Source: Azolla caroliniana (taxonomy: Eukaryota; Plantae; Polypodiophyta). From it: a stretch of DNA of 64,000 bases. Below, in pieces: positions 40,406 to 51,974 of this stretch (positions within the stretch are counted from its first letter, which is position 1; every line of letters starts with the position of its first letter). Under the pieces are notes generated by a model that saw only the letters and a list, made by a program, of their open reading frames with translations, was not told the DNA's origin and searched no databases. Location: contig JBHGNT010000018.1 in assembly GCA_043228905.1 (NCBI GenBank), forward strand, positions 9,176,001-9,240,000, given 5' to 3'. The position numbers and the translations under genes were made by a program.

Positions 40406-41859
40406 AGCCTTGACTCGTCTCTTTTTCACACTCTTCTCTGAGGAGGATGAGAGAGCCCTTCTTTCATCATAAAGGGCGTTGAATACACAACAAACATTTG
40501 AGTGGGGGGGTTAAGAAGAAGAAGAAGAAGAAGAAGGAATGAATGGGTCATTGCATGGACACTCATGCCACACCTTGGTATGGGCTTGATCACCTTTGTT
40601 TGATCCTGGAGAGAATCGTTGTCGAGACTCGGTTACCAACATATCAACTGTGAAGTGTGAAGATATAATCATCATGGCGTCAATTCTCCTCAACACTCAT
40701 TGCAAGCCAAGTATGCTTGGGTTCCGATTCTACGAAATCCTCCACTCAAATGCCATTCATGTTGATGGCAAGAGATAACCCATTGATTTGCTTCATTGAA
40801 AATATTTTGGGCATATCAAACACGATCAATAATTATGTACTTGGGTGAATGTGGCGATGTAAATTCCAACATCACCTCTTATCACAATATACACATAGCA
40901 TTCAAAAAATGCATGCAAGGTGCACCAAGTATACAAAGAGAAAAGTATCCTCAAGCTATGATATCACTAGCAATGTGAGGATAGAGGCAAGGAAGAGTGT
41001 ATAAAGGTCAACAATGCCAAATACATAATGAGTGGGAGAGGTGACTACTAACGATTTTATCAAAATGTTTGCGTAAAAGGTGTGAGCTTTATACAAACAT
41101 GGATAGGAGAGTGAAAAATCATTCAATTTAGTTAAAGAATGTCCACTTTAAACCCCATATCTCAAATCCTTAGATTGGACCAAGGATTTTCAGGTTCATA
41201 AAGGTGCACTAGTGTTCGTAGTAGGTGCAATCTTAGCCGAACTAGATGAGGAGAAAGTGGTTTCTCTATAATGTTTGTAGTACTCGAAATGAATGTGGCT
41301 AGCAAGAATTCTATGACGAAAGAAGCAACTTCGCTTATGGCATATGTAATCAAACAATTCAAACACTACCTCATTGCATGTAATTCTTTGTTATACTTGA
41401 GAAATAAGACTTATTCCATGGGTAGAATCTCCCAGTGGATTGTGACCTAGTCGATTGGTTTCAAGCGGAATATCAAGGATCACATGCAACCATGCGTCAT
41501 GAACCTTTAGACGTTTGATCTATGAATTCTGGAAATACTTCTACAAAAAACTAAGGAGCCCTATATTTTGTTGATCACTATGAGTAAGTCTTCTTCTACA
41601 TAATCCTAACATGTAAAAGACTTCATGGTGACAAGTTATGCACATCAATACACAAGGAAGAAGGATGTTTGACCCAAGTTTGGTCATCTTGTTGCGATGT
41701 TGTGCGTGTGCGTGTGAAATGTGAGCGAGACCACTAAGACTTGAACTAGGGAACTTGGGTTTAGCGATTGAGTGGATGACTTTAGAATCTTCACAGATGT
41801 CAAATAAAGTAGCTCCCATCTTCCTTCAGAAGTTTTAGGTCTATCTTCTCAACGTATCT

Positions 41860-41901
<42 letters not shown>

Positions 41902-42067
41902 AAGTGTGACTTTATATGTAAATGAAAGTGTTTGAGTATTTGTGTATGTGTGTGAGTTCAAGTGTCTTAACATTGTCACAATTTTTTGTGCCTATGTGTG
42001 AAACGTGAGTGGGACCACTCGGTACTTGAACTAGAGAGTATGGGATCAATTGAGTCATCAATATTAG

Positions 42068-42452
42068 AGTGCTCATAGGCACTTTCTTTCTTTCAAGGAG
42101 CAGAGTTTACATTCTTAGAATTCTTGTGCGGGTGTAAACTTCTATGTATGTGCGTATGCATGCATGTATATATATATAACACTATCCGTATCTCTAAAGC
42201 AGGTTGCAAACTCTCTTTAATAAATTCTTCAAAATTATTAAACAATGGAGATTTCAGGAGTGCTCATAGGCACTTTCTTTCTTTCAAGGTACATTCTTAG
42301 AATTCTTGTGAGGGTGCAAACTTCTATGTATATGCATATGCATACATACATACATACATACATATATACATATATAACACTATTTGTATCTCTAAAGCAG
42401 GTTGCAAACTCTCTTTAATAAATTCTTCGAAATTATTAAACAATGGAGATTT
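42068..42452. repeat. About 190-bp tandem duplication
   Basis: GAGTGCTCATAGGCACTTTC...AACAATGGAGATTTC occurs twice. Confidence 0.85.
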
Positions 42453-42631
42453 CTTTTTTGAGTAAATGGGCAAACCAAGATAATGTTGTGGCCATCATAA
42501 GGTGCCTACTAACCCTACTCTAGATGCATCCGTTGGATATTGCGTGGGATGCATTTTAATGACAAGTCAAACCCGATTTAAAAATCAAGTATTGTTGGGC
42601 TAATCACGTACTGTTAACTTTTGCAACTAAG

Positions 42632-44204
42632 TGTTATAGACAAGATGCCACGATGGAATGTAGGGGGTTGAACCTGTGACCTCCTAGTCTCATTAGGAAA
42701 CATTACCAATTGAGCTACATCCATCTACACCTTATTATATTGTATAAGATTCAACTTATTAAAGTGTCGGTTAATCACTACAACTTTCAAGAAACTTCTA
42801 GAGAATGCATCTTCGTGCACTCTCTAGAAGTTTCCTAGCTTACATGCATACCTCCACATTCTTGTATAAATACTTGGGTGCACCCTGATTACAATCAAGG
42901 TGAACAACACCAACTACGGAAGCATAATATCAATTCTTGTTCTCTTGTCTATATTCTCTCAGACTCTCTTTCTTGTTCTCTTGCTTATGCTCTCTCTCTC
43001 TCGCTTAGTATTTAGCCGCGACTACTCGCCCATGATAGGATAGTTTGTTCACCTTCATTCTTCTTGCTACCATGTCAGACTTTGTCAACAACTTAAACCA
43101 AGTAATGGTAACCTTGGAACAACTTCAACTAGAAAATGAAATCCTTTGTGGATCTTTACGAGAGCTTCAAAATGGCACATCCAACAACCCCCCACCCATC
43201 GAGCCTCACCTTTCGTTAGAACCTAGCCCAACCCCTTCCTCTTCCCATCCATATGTTCTCGAACCTAGCGTCAACCTATTTGACAAATTCAACGGCTTGA
43301 GAGCGCATCTTCGCGGCTTCATCAATCAAATTCAGCCTATCATTTGTTTACAACCCCAACGTTATGCTAGAGATTTCTCTCGGGTCAGCCTCGTTGGCAC
43401 CCTTCTCTTCGGACCGGCACAAGCGTGGTTTGCACCATTGATCGAGATCTCATCCCCACTCTTAGACAACTTTCCTGCCTTACACGACCATTTTCATCAA
43501 GGCCTCCGAAACGATGTCAAGACTCTTCTCCTAAACTTTCTGGAGCCCACATCGTTGTCTCAAGTAATCTCCCAAGCCATTCAACATGATAATTGTCTTT
43601 TTGAGCTTCGATAGGAGGAACATGGGACTCGAGGATTTTAGTCCTCCTCCCACAACGCTCCATCATAAGGTCATATGTACTAATTTCACCAACCACGCCA
43701 TGGTTACCATCCTCCAATGATACTCATACCCAGATGGAGGTCGACCCCCATACCCCAATGGAGATCGACCATGCTCGGTTCCAACCATTAATTGATGCCA
43801 AACGACAACATCAATGTGACAATGGCCTCTGCCTCTATTGTGGTACCCGCCACTGCCTGGTGCGAAGCCCTCGTCATCAAGCCCACCATACACGTCTTGT
43901 GGAGGTTTCTCGACAATAGGAAAACGACCAAGTCTGCCTGCAGTAGGAGCCATGCCGCCGGATGTTTCTTGTTACCCTACTTCTCCATGCTCCTCCAATT
44001 CAGTTATGCCAATAGGAGGTTTTACTTTGCAAGTACGTCTTTGTTTTGGGTCTACTTCAATATGATCCCATACCTTGCTCGATTTTGGTGCATCTACCTA
44101 TGTCATCGATATCTCGTTTGTCTGAGCACATAATATCCCCACTGTCCGCACAACACAACCCATATCCATTGAAGCTATCGACGGACGGGTTCTCTCTTCG
44201 GGGG
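42632..44204 (+). mobile_element. Truncated Tcn1-like chromovirus (5' LTR 42632-43042, gag, start of protease)
   Basis: Gag FNG.R..LRGFINQI and AQAWFAPL, PMEID, LCLYCG. G_GAA_AAC slip site at 43919-43925. Self-complementary PBS at 43045-43055. tRNA-like module at 42652-42725. Confidence 0.85.
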
Positions 44205-45070
44205 TGTGTAGGATCTATGTATCGATGGAGTTAACTCCTCAATGTTGTTTGCGGAGTTCAGACTGGCGTATACCCTTTTGATGACGAATCGGGTGACAAT
44301 GGTTGTCGGACACCTCCGAGTCTCACACTCACTTAACGATTAATAGATGATTAAGCACGATATCTCTCTCACTCTCTCAAGATGGAGGTGAAGGGGAATT
44401 TTGGCGAAACGCCAACCCTCGCATCCGGAATACTCGGCGTAGGCGGAGGGGATGATGTTGGGGACGACGCCAGAGGCCTTCGTGGTGCAGAAGGGAATGC
44501 CATCCACAGACAAATGCAGCAAAGTGCAAACGTCGATGACGTTGAACTGGAACTCGACAGGGGTAGCATCCGTGAAGGCTGTGTGTGAACGTGGCTGGTA
44601 TCGGGGTTGTATCCTGTGAGGAACTAGCTTACCAGCTCAGGATGTACACCCCAAAGGCCAATCCTGAGGAAGAACTTGAGGCCCGGTAGGTACAACGGGT
44701 GTTATTGAACTCAACTTGAATTACCAAGGAGCCACAACCGGCGTCGGGGTAGTACGTGTGGAGGAGCTTGGTGAATGGGGTGGACGCCAACGATTATAAC
44801 CTACTAGGACAAAGATTAGTATAGTCGTATGAGAGTGTACCAATTCTTACACTCCTTGGCCCTTGTCTACACAGCAATACGACCAATGATTAGTGTATTT
44901 ATCGATTGATATGAATGACTTATTTTGATTAGTTATAATTATTATAATTGAAAGTAGTATGAGGTGTTTGGAGGGATAATGATATTTATATTTATATTTT
45001 AAAGGGACGGACGGGTTAGTGTCTAGGTTGTGTTTGGGTGGCGGGGGCCTCTCGGCGGACTAGGGGTGAG

Positions 45071-45350
45071 TGGTTCGAAGTGTACCTCTCGTCGAACTGG
45101 GAGGAAGGGGTTTGAAGAGTGTCTCTCTTCGAACCGGGGGGAAGTGGTTCGAAGAGTAAGTCTTTTCGAACCGGGGAGAAGGGGCTCGAAGAGAGCCTCT
45201 CCTCGAACTGGTGGTGAGGGGTTCGAGGAGTGAGTCTCTTCGAACCGGGGAGAAGGGGTTCGAAGAGAACCTCTCCTTGAACCGGTGGTGAGGGGTTTGA
45301 GGAGTGGGTCTCTTCGAACCGGGGAAGGGTTCGACGAGGACCTCTCCTCT
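45071..45350. repeat. Array of about 8 palindromic units GGTTCGAAGAG-N5-CTCTTCGAACC, period about 37 bp
   Basis: Seen directly in the sequence. Confidence 0.85.
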
Positions 45351-46817
45351 GTTGGCATAAAAGGCCGACTCCTTCCAAATTGTATCCATCCGAGTGTGAA
45401 ATCGTTAATAAGTTAGGGGTTGAAGCACGCTACGATGTACCAAAAAAGTATTGTTTTTGGCCAAAAAAACACGAGTATTGTTAGTACTGAGTGATTTTAA
45501 AAAAATCGAAAATAATTAAAATCTTTTTAGGGAGTGGTGTACATTGCATTAAAGTCAGGGAATGGGTGGGGGGACAATTGCTGCGTATTCAGGACTGTTT
45601 TGGGGGCTATTTCCCCCTCACGTTTAATTTAGGATGCCACATTAAATCGTTTTGGCACTTCTCCCAGGCGTCTCCTCTTCCGCCTTCCAACTGAGACAAT
45701 GCTCTCTAGTCTTACGCCTTCCAACTTAGGTCTTCACAACGCACTCGAAATGTCGTTTTGCTGTTCTCTGCGTCACTTGTCTTCCCCATCTTCTCCTTCC
45801 ATCGGTATGTCTTCTCCATCTTCTCTTTCACTCTGTATGTCTGCGCCTATTTCTGTAAAGTGGTTATTTCTATACAGTACTGTTAATTGAATGTATACTC
45901 TAGCAATCTTAAATTGGCACATATGAAGATTAATGTTGAATAGGAATCTTAAAATAATGTAAACATGACATGATAACATGAATCTGAAATATTTACACCA
46001 GCCTTGTTAGCCAAGTGGTTAGAACCTGCATATTTTACTGATCATTGTGGATGTTTTAATGATATAATGGATTAGCAACATCTAGGCCGGGCTTATAAAA
46101 TGACCAGCCAGGAGCAGCAAAATATACAGTTTGAGTTGACATAAGTTATTCATCATGGAAAACACTAAACATAAATTGTGTTTGTATGTTCTGGCAATCT
46201 TCAGGGGAGTCTTAAATTGATCCATGTTAAGATTTTATATGGGTTGAAACATTTAACATGAATACCAATCTATTAATAAGTCTTGATAAATGGTTCGAAG
46301 AATCAGCGGATTTGAATTTCATTGATGGGGGCGTTTTTGATGGAAAAAGTAAATGGATAGTGTTTGTGTTATGAACTCATGCATAACATGAGTTATGTTA
46401 TACTTATCTTAGTCTTAAACTCTAGTTAAGAAGACTTCATGATTTACATAGTATGCATGCATCTCATCATCTTGTGAGTCATAAAACTTATGTATTTCAA
46501 ACAAGAAGTTAGTTGATTGAAAAAGTTAATTGTTTTGGAAAAGGAATATATGACTGTGGCAAATTCTCAAATGTTTATCCAATTTCCGGTTGATGTTTAT
46601 GCTATGGGGTATTTATGTTTATTTTACGATGTATTAAGCACTTATTTTGATTAATTAGGTGCTGAAATAACAAGAAATTAGGTGCTGGAATATATGAGAG
46701 TGACAATGGTTGTTGATGAGGAGAGTGGGGTGTCCCTTACCAAATCTATGTCTGAGAGGAGCAAGAGACGGATGGTTCTTCACATAGTCCGTTATTTACT
46801 AGAAGTAATTGAGAGAT

Positions 46818-47383
46818 TTAGCTTGGAGGATCGTTATAATGTAAACATATATTTTCTTTCTCAAAATGGTACTTAGAGCATAAACAACGATATGTGTGCA
46901 AGCATGGTGTAATGATAGCATCCATGGCCTCAAACTTGAATCCAAGGCCACAAAATACACACCTTCAAATACGAGAAACAACATACACTATATTAGCAAC
47001 GATGATATTTTATACAATAGAAGGTCAACTTGTAAAAATATAAACCATTACCTTGATACAGTAATTCTTGTAATGGTACTTTCATTGCAAGTGGGATGCT
47101 CAACTACTTCTGGCGATAGAGGATCTAAACCTTTATCTTTTAGAACCTTCATCAAACATGTCAGGTTCTCAGAGTGACTTTTTAAGGCTGATAACTTATC
47201 ATCAATTTCAGAATGAGATGACCTCCATGTCTCCAGATCTTTCTTCTGTTTTCCCAGTTGAGTGCCCATATTTGTCAGCTTCTTCAACTCCTCTTTCAAC
47301 ACATCGCTTTCAGAATGCTGGATTTTTGTTGTTATCCATTCGTATGTATTCGATATAGATGTGAATTGTTTCTCTGCCGCCAT
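46818..47383 (-). pseudogene. Coiled-coil + degenerate RING-H2 gene; exons 47383-47052 and 46962-46818, with possible further exons to about 45630
   Basis: 89-bp GT-AG intron in matching phase. Exon 2 encodes CVFC..PCLHTYRCLC..ICLHY, a RING spacing with two ligands altered. Confidence 0.6.
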
Positions 47384-48459
47384 CTCACTAGATGAAACTT
47401 CTTCCAAAGCAGAGAGGAAGAGCGATGAAGAAAATGGAAAGGGGCGTGAGAGGAAAAGAGAGACGGAGAAGAGAAAACAAACAGTACACGAACAAAAAAA
47501 CAAGCAACAAAAACAAAAACAAAAGAAAAAGAGAACCTGATACTACCATGCAACATAACACGTAAAAGAACGAGTGGAACCAATCAATAGATCAAACATA
47601 ATTAAAAATAATCGTTCACGGTGTCCTGAAAAAGAAAGGGCAACTCAGGGATTGTAAGTACTAATACTTATATCAAAAGAATGCAAACTGCGGGCGGGGA
47701 TTATTGTCTACCGGGTGCGGTAACAAAGGTCATGGGAAAAGACGGGTCGAGTAGGTGATGATTGGAATGTCAGAAGGTAGGGGGCGGGGTTAAAAGGGTG
47801 TGGGGTGGGCTAGGGTTTATATGCGGACGGTAAAGTTGGACGGGGGTCCACCGAGTGTTTCGTGAGAGTTTGGGAAATTTAGGAGTTTTTGGGAGGACTT
47901 TAGGGGGTGGGTGTGTTGTCCGAGGGTCTTTGGATACTTTTAAGGACCTAGAGACCCGTGATGTCTTTGTTCAACGGGACGAGGAGGGCATGTGAAGTAC
48001 TTTTATGGGGCATTGGACCTCCTAGCTATTTAGTCCGGTCAAGTTCTATGGCCTTAACCTGGGCGGGGTATTTGACCGATGTGCGCAGTTGTTGGGTGTC
48101 CCGTGTAGTCGTGGTATGGTCGCGGGGGGAAGCTGGCTTCGTTTTGGGACCCGGAAGCTAGTGGCGCCTTTGTGCCAACCTTGGGCGTTTTGTGAGTGCT
48201 TTTCTGACTTGCCAAATAGCATGTTCTCCGCGGCGTGGTCCTTCAGCGTTATCCTTCAACGAAAATCGCGTGGATGTTCACCCATTTTGCGTGGCGCGGG
48301 TGTCCTTGTTCTGATGTTAGCATTGCTCTGGTCGTGGATGGCCAGTGGTTGTGCGCGTTCTTTTTGGTTGAGCGGTTTCACGCTTTGGAGTTCGTCGAGA
48401 TTAGTGGGACGTGATTCGAGTGTTGTTGCAACGAGTTTCTTGGACCTCACCCCATTTGC

Positions 48460-48934
48460 CATTTGGAAGGAAACGATGTTCTTGCTTGGCGACAGGAGGC
48501 ATTCGCTTATATGTCACCAATCCAAACCGAGGAGGCACTGGGTGTACATCACTTCCGGTGGGAGTACCCAAACTCGGATTGAGTGGTCGTTGTATTTCGT
48601 TTTGATGTTGCACATGAAGGTTCCGAGGCAACATGATGTGGAACCATCGAAGCCATGGAAGTTGTTGGTGCATACTTTGAGGTCTGGGGAACCTAGACGT
48701 TCCCATGTCTCGAGGGGAGAAAAGGGTTAATGATGCTTTGGTGTTGATTACTGCCGTTAAACGTACGTTGTCGGTGAAGCATGGTAGTTGCATTGTCCCA
48801 TCATTAGAGTCGACTGCCTTAGCCATGGTTGCCGGGTGGGTGTCCCCTTGTTGTTTCAATTTCGCTTGCGCATTGCGAAGGTTGGTTTCTAGTCGGGCCA
48901 TTCGGCCTTCGGATGCCTTAAGTTTGGCTTCCAC
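48460..48934 (-). pseudogene. Retropepsin-like aspartic protease remnant
   Basis: LTAVINTKAS (degenerate DTGAS) and, after a frameshift, CLLGLDW. Confidence 0.5.
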
Positions 48935-49263
48935 TTCTCGTTACCGAGCCGTGAGTAGGGATTCAAGGGTGAGGGGTCCGTAGTAATGTTTGAGCTTGCT
49001 CCCATTGATGAATCCTGGGATGTTAAGTCCTTCGAGCGTGCGTATTCGACATGCTCTTGTCTTGGTAATCTCTGAGACCACATAGGGGCCTTCGCCACAT
49101 AAATTGAGCTTCTTTTTGTGTCATTGAGAGGCAAATTTGAGAGCCATGTCCCTTGTTGAGTGACAAGCTCAACATTGGGTGCGTAACACGGTGCGTAACC
49201 CAATGCGTTTACTAGGTGCGTAAAATAGTACGCATAACGTGGCCGATGCGTAAACCGAAAGGC

Positions 49264-50625
49264 TGTTAGTTAGTATTCCTCGTAAGGAATAATTTTGGGA
49301 GTTAGTGTAGTAGGCTCATTTATGAGCAGTCAAGTACTGTTAGTACTTGTGTCAGCCCGATAGTCAGGGCTTGTATAAAAGGTGCTCACTGAGCATGAAA
49401 TATGTACAAAGTGTCATTATTTTGAAATAGAACTGAGTTGTCTGCTCTGTCTCTCTCTATCTCTCCCTCTCCATCTCCATCTCTACGTTTTCTGTGTTTT
49501 ACCAAACTGTCGTTCTCCGAACTGTGTACTCTGTGTTTCACATACGCTTCCGCACACGTATTCTTTTACATGGTATAAGAGCGGGAGGGTTGCAGTCCTC
49601 TACAGCCGATAGAAAAGCTTGCGACAGAGACATAGTTGAGTTGGTATTCTTGGCTTTCAGAAAAGATAAGACAACAACATGGACAGAGGAATGGGAAGCT
49701 CGCTACCGACCGAGAAGCTTGACAAGAGCAACTACACATCTTGGTCGTACAAGATGCACTAGTACATGCTTGGTCATGGCTACTGGAGTTATGTCAAAGG
49801 AGATAATGATACAACACCCGAATCGACACACAAGGATTTTGCAGCAAGTAGAGTTCTCTACTGCTTTGCATCCTGTGTGAGTGACAAACTATTGAGCCAT
49901 ATTCGGGATGCCAAGATGCCAAAGGACGCATGGGCGAATCTCAAGAAGATTTTCGTCGCGAGCACCACAACTAGGAAGCTTCAACTCATGCAGGAGTTGA
50001 GCAATGTTCGACAACGAGATATGTCAGTGGCTGATTACACCTCCAAGATCAAAGAAATCTGCGACTCTCTTGCCTCCGTCAACGTGAATGTCAAGGAATA
50101 TGAGATGGTGCAGGTTTGTCTTGGTGGGTTAGCGCCAAAGTTCGGATCGTTCCGAACAGCGGTCTGTACGAGGGAGAATACACCTACGTTCTTCGAGCTT
50201 TAGTCAATGTTGCTCGTGGAGGAAAATCACACGGGTGTGTCGACGAGTATGCATGCCGACGACAAGATGCTGTACACGAAGGGAGATAGGCCCCGTGGTC
50301 GTGGCGGACGAGGCGGATCGGCGCGTAATGGAGGCGGCTGAAAAGAGCAGAATGGATGGCATAATCGAAATGTCGGGAACAATTCCGAACCCCCTAGAAG
50401 CAGAGGGAGTCATGACACTAGAAGCTGGCAATAGAAGGCCGCGATAGAATGCTAGTACTGTGGCAAGAAAGGCCACAAGGAGAGCGAGTGTTGGAAAAGG
50501 AAAGCCGATTCGGACAAAGCCGGATCGAGCGGAAGAGACGTAGGAAGGTGTCAAAAGTTGCACTACGTTGAGGACTCCGAACGAGCCGGAAATGTATCAG
50601 GCCCTGCCTTTGTAATGAAGCACAA
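49264..50625 (+). mobile_element. Truncated Ty1/copia (5' LTR, PBS, gag), same family as 14424-16320
   Basis: LTR ends TTACA at 49570. PBS TGGTATAAGAGC. Motifs LPTEKLDKSNY, SRVLYC.ASC and a zinc knuckle near 50450. Confidence 0.85.
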
Positions 50626-51973
50626 TAGGACTTTGCCCGTATTGAGCACAGTCCGGTCTAGCGCTGAGAGTTGTGTGAACCGCGTCTTGAACTTTTGAAG
50701 AAGCGCTGACGAATTACGGCCTTTGTCAGGGCTCTCGACCCACTCAATAAATTCCTTCTTCGTCATCCAGAGCGAGTCGTAGAAGTCGTACCTTTCGAGG
50801 AATTGCCCATCAAATTCTGCCTAGTTATAGTAGTCTACTTGCACCTCGAGCACCTCGGCGTGGATGCTCGGCGTAGCGACTCGAGCGAAGCCGACCAGCC
50901 GTCTGTCCTCCGGAATATCCCTCATCACCATTTCAGCTCGGTAGGCCTCCAGGTAGCTTGTTGCATCTTTTCCGTTGAACCGACCAATCACGCTGACTAT
51001 CGCCTCAATGGCTCTATTGAGGGCGCTCGTGCCCTCACAAGTTCTCACCAGGCGGTCTACAACCACTGCCATTGCCTCTGCAAGCTCACTTCCCCTCATT
51101 TTCTTGCTCCTTTGTCACCCCTTTTTCACGTCAGGTTCACCAAACATGTCGCGAAATTCCGCGTGTATGTGTCAAAGTAGGGTGGGACCACGGGGGTATC
51201 AGACCAAGGAGGCGGTGGGAGGAGGAAGGTCATCCTAGTATCTATGCCGGATCAGTGTTGGGTTACGTATCTGGCCCGATTCCCGGATGTCGGACAACTA
51301 GCGCACGGGTTCAGAGGTGTGTGTTATACTAGCCCGTCCGTTGGATGACAGGCAACGAGCGCATGGGCTTAGGACTCGAGTAAACGGGAGCGGCAGGTGG
51401 AGACGGGATGGAGACGCGTACGCAACATAGAGAGAACAATCAGATACAATGAAAATGAAATAGATTAAACAAGAGAGGAAAACAACTGGACTCGGCCAAT
51501 GTAAGAGTTGCGTGATCTTGAGACACGCACACACAAAGGAACATAGAACGATGACCCTCTGGTCGGGAGCATAGGGACATCCTGCGCGAGCAGAGGCTTA
51601 ACCTTCTTCCTTGAAAGAGTACATCACACAAGACAGAGAGAGGGAGAAACTCGGCACTCCAACCGACATCACTTCATCCTCCTAAACATTGATTCTTAAA
51701 ACAAGCTCAAGCCTCCCCTTTTATAGCACAAGGGGAGACCGTTACATCGTGATCAGTGTCAGAGATTCCCCCGATTTCTTCACATCAAATCCCTGTATCC
51801 TCTCTATCCGTGTGGGTCTTTAAAGTACCCATTAAATTCTACTCCCTAGTACTCATTAGTCATATGCTATCTACATATGTTTGTACATAACACTTAATTC
51901 GTGTGCATCCGTGCACAACCCCGTTCACGCACATCCGGTCCCTTTCTCCTTGTAGCCGGAATGCCCCACGAGA
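50626..51973 (-). mobile_element. Truncated non-chromovirus gypsy (LTR + gag N-terminus)
   Basis: Gag-like GRFNGKDATSYLEAYRAEM. The LTR start resembles TGTCGTGG at 55400. Boundaries are approximate. Confidence 0.55.
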
Positions 51974-51974
51974 G

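Noticed and set aside
42652-42725. Functional tRNA gene
   Set aside because: The anticodon and T arms are irregular and the sequence sits inside an LTR, so it is reported as a tRNA-like module. The same applies to 4971-5030 and 13951-14006.
45071-45350. CRISPR array
   Set aside because: The repeats are palindromic, but the linkers are short and similar to each other rather than unique spacers. There are no cas genes and the context is eukaryotic.
45998-46060. tRNA/SINE head (TAGCCAAGTGG)
   Set aside because: There is an A-box-like motif only, with no B-box at a suitable distance.
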